From: an uncultured Candidatus Saccharibacteria bacterium
Lineage (GTDB): Bacteria > Patescibacteriota > Minisyncoccia > Phycocordibacterales > UBA9973
DNA length: 64,000 nucleotides
NCBI GenBank assembly: GCA_964610995.1
Contig: CAZSWF010000001.1
Location: 2,813 to 66,812 of the forward strand
Reading direction: 5' to 3'
Shown here: positions 62,680-64,000 of the stretch, piece after piece
Position numbering within the stretch: position 1 is the stretch's first letter
Layout of the letters: the number at the start of each line of letters is the position of its first letter
Position numbers and translations under genes: made by a program
Notes under the pieces: generated by a model
The model's database searches: none
Seen by the model: only the letters and a program-made list of their open reading frames with translations
Told to the model about the DNA's origin: nothing

Positions 62680-63078
62680 ATGAAAAAAGGATATTTTGCG
62701 AACATTGAGGATTTGACCAAAGAGAACTCTGACTTCCGTCACGTGCTCTATACGGGTGCGCATGTACAGCTCGTGCTGATGACGCTCGCGCCAGCAGAGG
62801 AGATCGGGATGGAGACGCATGATGAGAATGATCAATTCTTCAGATTTGAAGCAGGACTCGGCACGGTGATCGTGGGAGAGACTGAGTACAAGGTGGGGGA
62901 TGGAGATGTGGTGATCGTACCTGCAGGTACACCGCACAATGTGATGAACACAGGGAGCGAACCACTCAAGCTCTATACCCTCTACGCACCGTCTCACCAC
63001 AAAGACGGTATCGTCCGCGCTACCAAACAAGAAGCAATGGACAACGAAGCAGACTACGACGGAGTGACGACTGAGTAA
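62680..63078 (+). CDS. Cupin domain protein
   Basis: FRHVLYTG..QLVLM, EIGMETH..NDQFF, VPAGTPHNVMN. Confidence 0.92.
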   Translation: MKKGYFANIEDLTKENSDFRHVLYTGAHVQLVLMTLAPAEEIGMETHDENDQFFRFEAGLGTVIVGETEYKVGDGDVVIVPAGTPHNVMNTGSEPLKLYTLYAPSHHKDGIVRATKQEAMDNEADYDGVTTE

Positions 63079-63121
63079 TCCACGAAAACACCCCCATGAT
63101 CAGGGGGTGTTGTGCTGTGTG

Positions 63122-63568
63122 CTATTTGCGAGGCAGTGGATGCAAATGCGCTGCGATACCGATGGCGGCGGCGATGAGAACGAGGTTCTTGATAATGTAC
63201 TGCCCGACAAGGGTGGGGACAAAGGGTGCCTGCCAGCTGTCACCAGGGAGAAATACGAGTGGGAGGAATGTCATGATCATATGAATGAACAGAAGTGGGA
63301 TGACGATGCGCACCGCGCCCTTGAACAAAAAGAGAATACCGATCAGACACTCAAATAGCGCAAAGCCAATATAGAAGGTATCAAATGTCATGAGGCCACC
63401 GAGTGTACTATCAAAGAGTCCGTGCACAAGTGCGCCAGCGGGCGAGAGTCCGAGTGCCTTGAGCAGCCCAAACCAGAAAAATACCACAAAGAGCGATATA
63501 CGTGCTGTCGGTAGCGAAATCTTTCTAAAAAAGTGAATAATGGACGCGTCTGTTTTGGAAATATTCAT
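63122..63568 (-). CDS. DoxX-like membrane protein
   Basis: VFFWFGLLK..G.SPA; PTLVGQYIIKNLVLI. Confidence 0.8.
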   Translation of the reverse strand: MNISKTDASIIHFFRKISLPTARISLFVVFFWFGLLKALGLSPAGALVHGLFDSTLGGLMTFDTFYIGFALFECLIGILFLFKGAVRIVIPLLFIHMIMTFLPLVFLPGDSWQAPFVPTLVGQYIIKNLVLIAAAIGIAAHLHPLPRK

Positions 63569-63659
63569 ATATACATAGAGTATACACCCACGCAGCCCTG
63601 TGGTACTATAGTGGGACAATACCTACCCCTATACGCCGATGCGAGGGGCATTTATCCGT

Positions 63660-64000
63660 ATGCAAAAGAAATTGCGAGAAAAAACAGGACACCACCCCGA
63701 AGGCATGATCGTCGTAAAAGGCGCGCGTACTCACAACTTGAAAAATATTGATGTGGAAATGCCACGCGGCAAAATGATCGCGATCACCGGTATGTCGGGG
63801 AGCGGCAAGAGCTCGCTCGCATTTGATACGATATTTGCAGAAGGACAGCGTCGCTACGTGGAGTCGCTCTCAAGCTATGCGCGACAGTTCCTAAACCAAA
63901 TGCCTAAACCTGATGTCGATGAAATATCAGGCCTCTCGCCAGCTATCTCGATCGATCAAAAGTCTCGCTCCAACAATCCGCGCTCGACGGTTGCAACAAT
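63660..64000 (+). CDS. uvrA: Excinuclease ABC subunit A (3' truncated by window edge)
   Basis: [43 protein letters not shown]. Confidence 0.96.
   Translation, partial: MQKKLREKTGHHPEGMIVVKGARTHNLKNIDVEMPRGKMIAITGMSGSGKSSLAFDTIFAEGQRRYVESLSSYARQFLNQMPKPDVDEISGLSPAISIDQKSRSNNPRSTVAT

Overview
Bacterial chromosome segment with the gene content and style of a Patescibacteria (CPR, Parcubacteria-like) genome using the standard genetic code (TGA acts as stop). The taxon is inferred, not proven. It is mostly core genes: ligA, gatCA, a DEAD-box helicase, typA, prfB, ftsEX, mutY, rnj, secG, rnr, rpsP-khpA-trmD, rpoB-rpoC-dnaG-rpoD, rpsB-tsf, proS, mreBC, tgt, uvrB and the start of uvrA, plus 7 tRNA genes. 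No rRNA, CRISPR array, integrase or transposase was seen. AT-rich accessory genes are scattered among the core genes. Best leads: (1) a two-gene AT-rich module between uvrB and uvrA, encoding a MazG-like pyrophosphatase and a GIY-YIG nuclease / DUF2075 helicase fused to an intact LexA/UmuD-type S24 autoprotease, which could be a RecA*-gated defence effector; (2) an NYN ribonuclease gene whose 3' end is overlapped by a predicted antisense small RNA driven by two tandem promoters; (3) eight orphan genes sharing a self-contained promoter / A-rich leader / terminator architecture; (4) a membrane-anchored HEPN-motif protein next to gatCA and tRNAs. Also seen: pervasive leaderless gene starts, a shortened RF2, a MutY without Fe-S cysteines, and an RpoB with substituted rifampicin-pocket residues. 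All protein calls come from motif recognition by eye; no database searches were run.
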